From Candidatus Hydrogenedentota bacterium (GTDB taxonomy: Bacteria > Hydrogenedentota > Hydrogenedentia > Hydrogenedentales > GCA-2746185), in NCBI GenBank assembly GCA_046583315.1, contig JAYGCN010000085.1:1-50176 (forward strand): DNA of 50,176 nucleotides, in the 5' to 3' direction. Below the pieces are notes generated by a model, which made no database searches, had not been told where the DNA came from, and saw nothing but the letters and a program-made list of their open reading frames with translations. Made by a program: the position numbers and the translations under genes. This document shows, piece after piece, positions 10,228 to 18,408 of this stretch. How positions within the stretch are numbered: the stretch's first letter is position 1; each line of letters begins with the position of its first letter.

Positions 10228-11298
10228 CTACCTTTCCACGTCGCCCTGCGGATACGACCCTAGCACATGTAGCTCCGTACAATGCTCGGAAATCTGCTTC
10301 AGGGCTTTCTCAACATTTGGATCATCCACATGGCCAATCAAATCAACAAAAAATACATAATCCCATGCCTTCTTACGCGAAGGCCGCGACTCAATCTTGG
10401 TCAAATCAATACCCTGCTCCGAAAACGGCAACAACAATTCATGCAATGCACCCGAACGATTGGAGACGGTAATCAGCAACGATGTCTTGTCCTTACCCGT
10501 CGACTTTACCTTTTGACTGCCAATCGCAAAAAAACGCGTGTAATTGTGCGCGGCATCCTCAATGCGCTCTGCAATCACATCCAATCCATACGGCTCCGCA
10601 GCCAATATGCTGCCGATCGCGCCAGCCGTTTCTTCCTCCGAAGCAATGCGTGCCGCTTCCGCCGTACTCGATGTCGGCACCAACTCCGCATTCGGCACAT
10701 TCGCCTGTAGCCAATTCCGACACTGAAAAAACGACTGATCCTTCGAATAAATCTTCTCGATTTCGTCCATCGGACTCTTCGACATCAGATTCTGCGAGAT
10801 ATGCATCAACACTTCGTTAATGATCTTAACATTCGATCCCACGAAACGATCCAGCGTATCGCTCACACCGCCGCCCATCGAACTCTCCACCGGAACCACC
10901 CCGTAATCAATCCGGCCTCGCTCCACCTCCGTGAATATATCCGCCAACGTCCCCATCGGGTGCAATTCAGCCGTTACGCCAAAAATCCGCTGCGTCGCCA
11001 ATTGGCTGAAGGTATGCATCGGCCCCAGAAACGCCACCGTCGTCGGCTTTTCCAATGATCGAATCGAAGAAATAATCTCCCGATAAATCGCTTTCACCGC
11101 CTCATTCGGAAGCGGTCCCGGATTCATCTCCATCAGCTTCTTGAAGATTGCTTTCTCGCGCTCGGGCACATACACCACGGCATTCTGAGACTGCTTGACC
11201 TTGCCCACTTCCTGGCCACACTTCGCCCGTTCATTGAGTAGCGCAAGTATTTGCCCATCAATGTCGTCGATCCGCTGCCGTAGTTCATCCAGACTCAC
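10228..11298 (-). CDS. pheA: Chorismate mutase / prephenate dehydratase (P-protein)
   Basis: AroQ domain LDELRQRIDDID..LLNER; AFLGP..TFS, GVVPVE, QCRNWL, NYTRF and ACT LTKIESRP. Confidence 0.97.
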   Translation of the reverse strand: MSLDELRQRIDDIDGQILALLNERAKCGQEVGKVKQSQNAVVYVPEREKAIFKKLMEMNPGPLPNEAVKAIYREIISSIRSLEKPTTVAFLGPMHTFSQLATQRIFGVTAELHPMGTLADIFTEVERGRIDYGVVPVESSMGGGVSDTLDRFVGSNVKIINEVLMHISQNLMSKSPMDEIEKIYSKDQSFFQCRNWLQANVPNAELVPTSSTAEAARIASEEETAGAIGSILAAEPYGLDVIAERIEDAAHNYTRFFAIGSQKVKSTGKDKTSLLITVSNRSGALHELLLPFSEQGIDLTKIESRPSRKKAWDYVFFVDLIGHVDDPNVEKALKQISEHCTELHVLGSYPQGDVER

Positions 11299-11300
11299 GT

Positions 11301-13436
11301 TTATTTCTCCAGTATCTCAATCGGCGCCGCCGACACCATAAACTGCCGCGACATCCCCGTGTCAAAACGTATCCGCGCCTTCAATTTCGCGCCCGTTCCC
11401 GACGTATACATTACCACACCCGTGCCGAACTTCCCATGTCGCACCTTCGTACCCAATTTCAGAGCCTCTTCCTTGAGCGTAGGCAAGCCCCGCGGCATCG
11501 GTTTCGACTTGCTTTTCGTGCGACTCGCTTCACTCTGCACAATCTCCGATGGTATCTCATGAAAGAACCGCGACACCTCCCGCGGCTTCCATTCCCCGTA
11601 CATCGTGCGCGATTCCGCCGCCGTCAGCATCAACGTTTTCCGCGCACGCGTCATCGCCACATACGTCAAACGCCGTTCTTCTTCGATTCCGCCATCCTCA
11701 TCCAGCGAAATGATATGCGGTAGTAGACCCTCTTCAAAACCGATCAGGAACACATGATCAAACTCCAGACCCTTCGCGCTGTGACATGTCATCAACGTCA
11801 CCGCCGGACTCGCCACATCCAACCCATCCACCTCGCTCGCCAACGACAGCTCCTGCAGAAATTCGCCCAGCCCGCTCTCGTCCTTATCCTTCGTACGCTT
11901 ATCATAATTCGCGCAGGCCGAAACAAACTCATCCACCAACTCCAGTCGCGTCCGAAAATCTTTCTCGTCACTCTTCTCCACATACTCGCGATACGACGTC
12001 TCTTCAAGTACCTTCTCGATCAAATCCTCCACCGACATCGAATCCACATCAAAGGTTAACTCATCCAGCCACTCCACGAACTCCCGAATCGTGTTCCGCA
12101 ACTTCGGACCATACGACGAGTCATCTTCCGCCTCACGCAAGGCCTCCAACAACGGTTTCTGCGTAGCCCGGGCCTGATCCGCCAATTTCGCCAACGTCAC
12201 CCCGCCAATCCCACGCGCAGGCACGTTGATGATTCGCCGCAAGGCCTCATCATCCACCGGGTTTACCAGCAGACGCATATAGCACAGAATATCTTTAATC
12301 TCTTTGCGACTATAAAACCGCACGCCACCCACAACCGTGTAATGAACGCCCTTGCGCATAAACGCTTCTTCAATCGATCGCGCCTGACCATTCGTGCGAT
12401 ACAACACCGCCACTTCACGCGCCGGATAATCCTTCTTCTTGATCGAGTCCACAATAAACTGCGCTTCGTCATCCCCGTTTTCCGCCAGATAAAATCCGAC
12501 CTTTTCCCCGCCCTTGTTCGCCGTCCACAGCGTCTTGCCCAACCGCTCCGTATTATTCGACACCACCGCGTTCGCCGCTTTCAGAATCGAATCCGTGCTC
12601 CGGTAATTCTGCTCCAGCCGAAACACCTCCGCCCCCGGAAAATCCTTTTCAAAATCCAAAATATTTCGAATATTAGCGCCGCGCCATGAATAAATACTCT
12701 GATCCTCATCCCCAACGACAAATATATTACCGCCCTCGCCGCTCAATTCACGCGCAATCACATACTGCGCCCGATTCGTATCCTGATACTCATCCACCAA
12801 CACATGCGTGAAGCGACGACGATACTTCTCCGCGACTTCTGGATGCTCCAAAAACAATTTCGCCGGCAACACCAACAAATCATCAAAGTCCACCGCCGAA
12901 GACTGCTCCAACACCGCGTGATACCGTTTCCACAACTCCCGAAACGACGACTCCTCCTGATCCTCCGCAGCCGCATCAAAATCCGGCACTTCCACTTCCT
13001 GCTTCAACGAAGAAATCCACGACATCGCATCCCGCGGCGACACCTTCACCAGCCCCTCCGGCAATTCCTTCACCAACCGCTTCATCAGCGACAACTGATC
13101 CCCATCATCCGCAATCGTAAATCGGGTGGGACGCCCCAGAACCTCCATCTCCCGACGCAAAATATACAAGCCGAACGAATGAAACGTGCCCAGCCACGTC
13201 GAAACTTCCCCCACACCCAACCGCGCCCGAACCCGATCCCGCATCTCATTCGCCGCACGATTCGTAAACGTCAACGCCAAAATCCGATACGGATCCACCC
13301 CCAGCACCTCGATCAGATTCACAATCCGCTCAACAATCACCCGCGTTTTGCCCGACCCCGCACCCGCCAACACCAACGCAGGCCCATCCCCCCAAGCCAA
13401 CGCCTCCCGTTGCACATCATTCAATTCACCAGACAT
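11301..13436 (-). CDS. pcrA: UvrD/PcrA SF1 DNA helicase
   Basis: LAGAGSGKT, TFTNRAA, VDEYQDTN, VGDEDQSIYSWRGA, LEQNYRS, HSAKGLEF, EEERRL.YVAMTRA and C-terminal VRH.KFG.G. Confidence 0.96.
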   Translation of the reverse strand: MSGELNDVQREALAWGDGPALVLAGAGSGKTRVIVERIVNLIEVLGVDPYRILALTFTNRAANEMRDRVRARLGVGEVSTWLGTFHSFGLYILRREMEVLGRPTRFTIADDGDQLSLMKRLVKELPEGLVKVSPRDAMSWISSLKQEVEVPDFDAAAEDQEESSFRELWKRYHAVLEQSSAVDFDDLLVLPAKLFLEHPEVAEKYRRRFTHVLVDEYQDTNRAQYVIARELSGEGGNIFVVGDEDQSIYSWRGANIRNILDFEKDFPGAEVFRLEQNYRSTDSILKAANAVVSNNTERLGKTLWTANKGGEKVGFYLAENGDDEAQFIVDSIKKKDYPAREVAVLYRTNGQARSIEEAFMRKGVHYTVVGGVRFYSRKEIKDILCYMRLLVNPVDDEALRRIINVPARGIGGVTLAKLADQARATQKPLLEALREAEDDSSYGPKLRNTIREFVEWLDELTFDVDSMSVEDLIEKVLEETSYREYVEKSDEKDFRTRLELVDEFVSACANYDKRTKDKDESGLGEFLQELSLASEVDGLDVASPAVTLMTCHSAKGLEFDHVFLIGFEEGLLPHIISLDEDGGIEEERRLTYVAMTRARKTLMLTAAESRTMYGEWKPREVSRFFHEIPSEIVQSEASRTKSKSKPMPRGLPTLKEEALKLGTKVRHGKFGTGVVMYTSGTGAKLKARIRFDTGMSRQFMVSAAPIEILEK

Positions 13437-13538
13437 AAATCACCACCAATAAACACCACCAGAAAACGCCTATTCTACCGTATCCAAACCAGCAGAGTCA
13501 TGCGTATCCACACCACTTGTGATCGCCACCCCCACCGT

Positions 13539-13579
13539 GTCATTGCGAGGAGACGTCCCAACGTCGACGCGGCAATCTC
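13539..13579. repeat. GTCAT-type palindromic extragenic element
   Basis: GTCATTGCGAGGA-GACGT-CCCA-ACGTC-GACGCGGCAATCTC: outer ATTGC/GCAAT stem with an inner hairpin. Confidence 0.55.
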
Positions 13580-13693
13580 AACGCCGACCTCCCCCCAATC
13601 CATACCGTCCGCCAGGACTCCGGAAGGACCCCTGCAACGCCCCGATCTACTCTACAGGGGGACACCGCCACCAGGCCCACATCACCCCATCCA

Positions 13694-13755
13694 GAAATAC
13701 GGAGTATTCCCCGGTTTCTTTTGGCTTTACCTTTTCTTACCAAAGAAAAGGTAAG
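13694..13755 (+). repeat. Two-hairpin dispersed repeat, copy A
   Basis: AATAC-GGA-GTATT, then CGGTTTCTTTTGGC, then TTACCTTTTCTT-ACCA-AAGAAAAGGTAA; homologous to 23088-23150 and 26868-26931. Confidence 0.85.
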
Positions 13756-13764
13756 ATCGCAGTT

Positions 13765-15084
13765 ATGCCAGAAGACCTCTTTGAAAATGCTGCGGCGGAC
13801 CGATTACGCAGGGAAGCGCCACTTGCGCGACGTGTTGCGCCGCGTACCCTGGACGATATTCTCGGTCAGGAGCATATTCTGGCGCCGGGCAAGATATTGC
13901 GTCGGGCGATTGAGGCGGATCGCATTACCTCGCTGATCGTATTCGGACCGCCCGGCAGCGGCAAAACGGCTCTCGCACGAATCATCGCGATGCGCACGCA
14001 GGCGGCATTCGAAAACGTAAACGCGGTCACTTCCGGCGTGAAAGAGTTGCGCGCGGTCATCGCGAAAGCCAAAGAACGCCGCATCCACGAGAGAAAACGC
14101 ACGATCCTTTTCGTGGACGAGATACACCGTTTCAACAAAGCGCAACAAGACGCGCTGTTACCCGACGTCGAAAATGGAAACGTCATTCTCATCGGCGCGA
14201 CCACCGAAAACCCCTTCTTCTCCGTCGTGGCACCCTTACTTTCCCGATCCCAACTCTTCGAATTCAAACGCCTCGACGAATCCCAACTCGTTCGGGTCAT
14301 GCGCCGCGCACTCGATCATCCTGATCGAGGTCTCGACGAGCTCACCATCAACGCCGACGACGACGCGCTGCAACACATCGCCAACTATTCAGAGGGCGAC
14401 ACCCGCCGCGCCCTGAATGCCCTCGACGTCGCCATGCTCACCACCGAACCCGTCGACGACACCATCCACATCACCCTGCCCATCGCCGAAGAATGCATCC
14501 AACGAAAAATGTTGCACTACGACGGCACGGGAGATGACCACTACGACGCCGCATCCGCCTTCATCAAATCCATGCGCGGCAGCAACCCCGATTCCGCCGT
14601 CTACTGGATGGCCCGCATGCTCGAAGCCGGAGACGACGCACGATTCGTGGCACGCCGCATCTGCATCTGCGCCTCCGAAGACGTGGGCAACGCCGATCCC
14701 CAGGCGTTAATCCTCGCAACTTCGGCCTGGCAGGCCTGTGAGTTCATCGGCATGCCCGAAGCCCGCATCCTACTGTCCCAGGCCGCCACCTACGTGGCCT
14801 GCGCACCCAAATCCAACGCCGCCTACACCGCCATCAACTCGGCGATGCAAGACGTACGCGAGAAGAAAACGATTCAAGTTCCGTCGCACCTGCAAGACGG
14901 AGGACCTCAAGGCAAAAAGATCGGCCGCGGTGTCGGCTACGAATATGCCCACGACGGTGAAGATGCATACGTCACGCAACACTACGGCGTACCTAGAGGA
15001 ACCTACTATCAACCAAGCGACCGCGGCCACGAAGCAATCCAGCGCGAACGCTTACGCGAACTTGACGAGCGCGACAAAAAATAG
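13765..15084 (+). CDS. rarA: Replication-associated recombination protein A (MgsA)
   Basis: PLA.R..PRTLDDILGQ, GPPGSGKT, FVDEIHRFNKAQQD, GATTENP, SAFIKSMRGS and SEDVGNADP; true start taken as ATG 13765 (MPEDLF). Confidence 0.96.
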   Translation: MPEDLFENAAADRLRREAPLARRVAPRTLDDILGQEHILAPGKILRRAIEADRITSLIVFGPPGSGKTALARIIAMRTQAAFENVNAVTSGVKELRAVIAKAKERRIHERKRTILFVDEIHRFNKAQQDALLPDVENGNVILIGATTENPFFSVVAPLLSRSQLFEFKRLDESQLVRVMRRALDHPDRGLDELTINADDDALQHIANYSEGDTRRALNALDVAMLTTEPVDDTIHITLPIAEECIQRKMLHYDGTGDDHYDAASAFIKSMRGSNPDSAVYWMARMLEAGDDARFVARRICICASEDVGNADPQALILATSAWQACEFIGMPEARILLSQAATYVACAPKSNAAYTAINSAMQDVREKKTIQVPSHLQDGGPQGKKIGRGVGYEYAHDGEDAYVTQHYGVPRGTYYQPSDRGHEAIQRERLRELDERDKK

Positions 15085-15124
15085 CGACAATGAACCAAAT
15101 CAAACCTTAGGGGAACATGGAACC

Positions 15125-16009
15125 ATGCGATTCGCAACAATTCTGACACTTATTATCACGGCAGGACTCGCAACATTTGCCCAGGCCGCCGACAAAACGA
15201 AAATAGTATTCGTCGCAGGAAGGCCCAGCCACGCACCCGGCGATCACGAACACCGCGCAGGCTGCATGTTACTGGCTAAAGCGTTGAATGAGAATGTCCC
15301 GGATGTCGAGGCGGTCGTCACCCACTATGGCTGGCCCCGAGACGAAAGCATCTTCGATGGCGCCTCCACTGTCGTCATGTATTGCGACGGCGGCGACAAC
15401 CACATGGCCAACAAACATCTCGACAAGGTTGGCGAACTCATGGATGCCGGAGTCGGACTCGTCTGCATCCACTACGCCGTCGAATATCCCAAAAACGAAA
15501 TTGGCGAACAATTCAAAAACTGGCTCGGTGGCTACTTCGAGCCCGACTGGTCCGTGAATCCGCACTGGACCGCCGACTACAAAACTTTGCCATCTCACCC
15601 CATCACCAGCGGCGTGTCTCCCTTCGCCAACAACGACGAATGGTACTTCCACATGCGCTTCATGCCCGACATGAAAGGGGTTACTCCGATCCTCTCCGCA
15701 ATCGCCCCCGAATCCACCATGGAACGCGGCGACGGTCCCCACAGCGGAAACCCCGACGTGCGCAAAGCCGTTGCCGACGGAATCCCGCAACACATGGCAT
15801 GGACCTACGAACGCGAAGGCAACAACGGTCGCAGCTTCGGCTTTACCGGCGGACATTACCACCGCAGCTGGAAAAATGACGACATTCGCAAGCTGATGCT
15901 GAACGCCATCCTTTGGACCGCCCATGTCGACATCCCGAAGGATGGATTCAGCTCCCAGACTCCAACCCGCGACGAAATGAAAGCAAATCTGGATCGTAAG
16001 AATCGGTAA
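15125..16009 (+). CDS. Secreted ThuA-like domain protein
   Basis: Signal peptide MRFATIL...AQA; AGRPSH..GDHEHRAGC, GLVCIHYAVE, HPITSGV, DEWYF, GRSFGFTGGH and LNAILW. Confidence 0.85.
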   Translation: MRFATILTLIITAGLATFAQAADKTKIVFVAGRPSHAPGDHEHRAGCMLLAKALNENVPDVEAVVTHYGWPRDESIFDGASTVVMYCDGGDNHMANKHLDKVGELMDAGVGLVCIHYAVEYPKNEIGEQFKNWLGGYFEPDWSVNPHWTADYKTLPSHPITSGVSPFANNDEWYFHMRFMPDMKGVTPILSAIAPESTMERGDGPHSGNPDVRKAVADGIPQHMAWTYEREGNNGRSFGFTGGHYHRSWKNDDIRKLMLNAILWTAHVDIPKDGFSSQTPTRDEMKANLDRKNR

Positions 16010-16075
16010 ACCTTTTCGCGGTGTAGTAAGTCCAAGACACATGCAACTGAACTGTATTTCTTGGAGAGCACCACT

Positions 16076-17380
16076 ATGAAAACGATATTGGGCGCGGTAC
16101 TCTTCGCAATCTGGATTCCCTTAAGCGCGGCGGGTTTGGAACCCTACTCCGATAAACCCGTCGCATTCGTGGGCGTCAACGTCATACCGATGACGAGCGA
16201 AACAGTCATCCTCAACCAGACCGTACTCATCAAGGACGGAATCATCACCACCATCGGAAATGCGGAGGATGTAAAGATTCCCCGCAGAGCCCAGCGCATC
16301 GATTGCGAAGACAAATATCTGATACCGGGTCTCATCGATCTGCATGCCCACCTCTTCGCAGGACGAAAAGGCAATCCACAACTTCTAAGTCTGTACCTGT
16401 CCCAGGGCGTAACCAGCATCCTTAACCTGCGCGGAACCAAAGGGGCGCTCGCTCTTGGCGCGCAGATTGATTCAGGCGAACTCGTCGGCCCGGAGATATA
16501 TCAGGGCAGTCCCATCCAGGGAAATATCGCGCCAACTCCCGCGACATACGAGGACGGCGTCAAAGTCGTCCAAAAATTCAAAAAAGAAGGCTATGACTTT
16601 GTCAAAACCTACAACCGCATACCGGTAGAAGGATATCGCGGCATCATGGACGCCGCGGACGAGCTCGACATGCCCGTCGTCGGACACACTGTCCGCTTAG
16701 TAGGGTTCGACGGCATCCTCGCACGGGGACAACATATTGCCCATATGGAAGAAGTTATCTATGGAGCGTTCAGATACGGCCTCGACGAGTCACGCATCCC
16801 CGAAGTGACCAAGCAGGTGAAAGATTCCGGCGTTTCCGTCATCGCAACACTCATCGTCTATCACAACATCATACGCCAGCTCGACGACATCCAAGCAATA
16901 CTCGCCAACCCGGGCTTCGAGCACATCCATCCCGCTCTCGCCGATAACTGGCAACCGGATCGCGATGAATACCTGAACGGCTGGACCCAGAAACAAAAAG
17001 AGGTGTACCTGATCCCCAGCTTCGCCTTCTTGCAAAAACTGACCCTCGCGTTTCATAAAGCCGGTGTGCCAATTCTCATGGGCACCGACGCCTGCGTAAC
17101 AGGAACCATCCCAGGCCATTCGGCACACCGCGAACTGGAAGAACTCGCCGACTGTGGACTCTCCAACTACGACGCCCTTGCCTCCGCCACATCAAAAGCC
17201 GCCGACTTCCTCAGCGCTGGCGACATCGGCACCATCCAAGAAGGAAAACGCGCCGACCTCATCCTCCTCAACGCCGACCCCCTCGAAGACATCACCAACT
17301 CCAGCAAAATAGAAGGCATCATGACCCGCGGACTCTGGCAAACGCAGGAGGAAATTCGGGGGCGGCTGGTCGATTACTAA
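16076..17380 (+). CDS. Secreted amidohydrolase family protein
   Basis: GGAG SD before ATG 16076; PGLIDLHAH, FVKTY, VVGH, HIAHME, MGTD and GKRADLILL. Confidence 0.9.
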   Translation: MKTILGAVLFAIWIPLSAAGLEPYSDKPVAFVGVNVIPMTSETVILNQTVLIKDGIITTIGNAEDVKIPRRAQRIDCEDKYLIPGLIDLHAHLFAGRKGNPQLLSLYLSQGVTSILNLRGTKGALALGAQIDSGELVGPEIYQGSPIQGNIAPTPATYEDGVKVVQKFKKEGYDFVKTYNRIPVEGYRGIMDAADELDMPVVGHTVRLVGFDGILARGQHIAHMEEVIYGAFRYGLDESRIPEVTKQVKDSGVSVIATLIVYHNIIRQLDDIQAILANPGFEHIHPALADNWQPDRDEYLNGWTQKQKEVYLIPSFAFLQKLTLAFHKAGVPILMGTDACVTGTIPGHSAHRELEELADCGLSNYDALASATSKAADFLSAGDIGTIQEGKRADLILLNADPLEDITNSSKIEGIMTRGLWQTQEEIRGRLVDY

Positions 17381-17415
17381 TCATCTCTCAACCGTTACGC
17401 TACTTTCCCCCAACT

Positions 17416-17453
17416 GTCATCCCACGGCGCAGCGAAGCGAAGACCGTGGGACC
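17416..17453. repeat. GTCAT-type palindromic extragenic element
   Basis: GTCA-TCCCACGG-CGCAGCGAAGCGAAGA-CCGTGGGA-CC: 8-bp stem overlapping the last base of GTCAT. Confidence 0.55.
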
Positions 17454-17517
17454 TTGGACATCCGCACCCACCTTAAGCCGGATATTGCGAATTTACACAT
17501 CCTTTCCCATGGAAACC

Positions 17518-17536
17518 CTTTGCACCTGTGCGTTAA
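17518..17536. repeat. Degenerate 8-mer tandem arm (CTYTGCGY family)
   Basis: CTTTGCAC-CTGTGCGT-TAA; similar to 39100-39127 and 49764-49782. Confidence 0.4.
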
Positions 17537-17574
17537 AAAAAGAAGAGCCGATGCAGATTCGCATCCACATCGGC
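17535..17574 (-). terminator. Rho-independent terminator with no evident upstream gene
   Basis: Minus strand GCCGATGTGGAT-GCGA-ATCTGCATCGGC (12-bp stem with two G-U pairs) followed by TCTTCTTTTTTT. Confidence 0.7.
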
Positions 17575-17730
17575 CAAGTTTACTTTCTTCAACGTGTGCG
17601 TATATTCCCTTTTCCAAAAGTTCGACTTCTCCGTACATCATCTCTTATGATTATCGCTAAATGATGCTGTGTAGAACTGAGTACAAGAATCGCGATTCTG
17701 ATGTTTTGCACGCGTTTGGGAGTAATTAGT

Positions 17731-18325
17731 ATGACTGAACTATATTCATGGAATCCGATGCCACATATACTCGACATTCGATGTCCTAAATGTGCGGCGC
17801 GAGCGAAGTTTGAATTCGCGGAAGTAGCCAAGATAGCGCTCAAAAAAGGATATCGGCTTTTTTAAGCGTAGCAGTATGTTCGAGTATCACTTTCTTCAAG
17901 ACTCTGCAGGGAGTCGATGGCATGGTGCGTTCTATTTTCCAGGTCTGCATGGCGGTTCGACTTCAGCAATATGGGATCTGCCGGAGGGGTACGAGCCAAA
18001 AGATTGGGCGCATTCGAAATACTTGTATCGATCCCAAGGTCTCGGCATTGGCTCGTATAATTGTGATGCTTGCCACGCAACAGAAAGACATCAGTTATCC
18101 TGGCCTAATGACGCATATTTCATTATTGAGTACAAACAGCATCAATTGTGGGCATTTACCGAGGAAACGACCGTTGTCCTTCGCAAATACATTTTCGATA
18201 AGAATCGGGATCTACACGGCCGAAAATGGGCCGGATTTCTGTTGAAAATTCCAACCATTTTTAAGAAAGAAAGTGCACGTGAACAAATTGTCCGGAAGTT
18301 GGATAAGTTACTAGCTACAACGTAG
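17731..18325 (+). pseudogene. Frameshifted low-GC gene for a double-CxxC (putative Zn-binding) hypothetical protein
   Basis: GGGAG SD and ATG 17731 give MTELYSWNPMPHILDIRCPKC..., stopping at 17863-17865. Removing one base from A6 (17842-17847) or T6 (17858-17863) joins it in frame to ORF 17876-18325 (YNCDAC, LWAF), giving 197 aa. Confidence 0.75.
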
Positions 18326-18351
18326 ACGATATTGGGAGATCGGCGAAACAA

Positions 18352-18379
18352 AGACAGGGTACATTTCTGCACCCTGTCT
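18352..18379. terminator. Terminator hairpin between convergent genes
   Basis: Minus strand AGACAGGGTGCA-GAAA-TGTACCCTGTCT-TTGTTT, downstream of rhaD. Confidence 0.75.
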
Positions 18380-18408
18380 CATTGGTTCTATAGACTTTCA
18401 GAAGTCGC

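Noticed and set aside
13606..13690. Possible SRP RNA, 6S RNA or tRNA-Sec in the pcrA-rarA spacer (CAGG..CCGGAAGG; CCCCTGCAA/CTACAGGGG stem)
   Set aside because: The SRP helix-8 AGCA partner and spacing are missing, there is no cloverleaf or TCA anticodon arm, and no long 6S-like rod is evident. An Rfam cmscan would settle it.
17841..17848. A-AAA-AAG as a programmed -1 frameshift site
   Set aside because: Joining the two halves needs a +1 shift, not -1.
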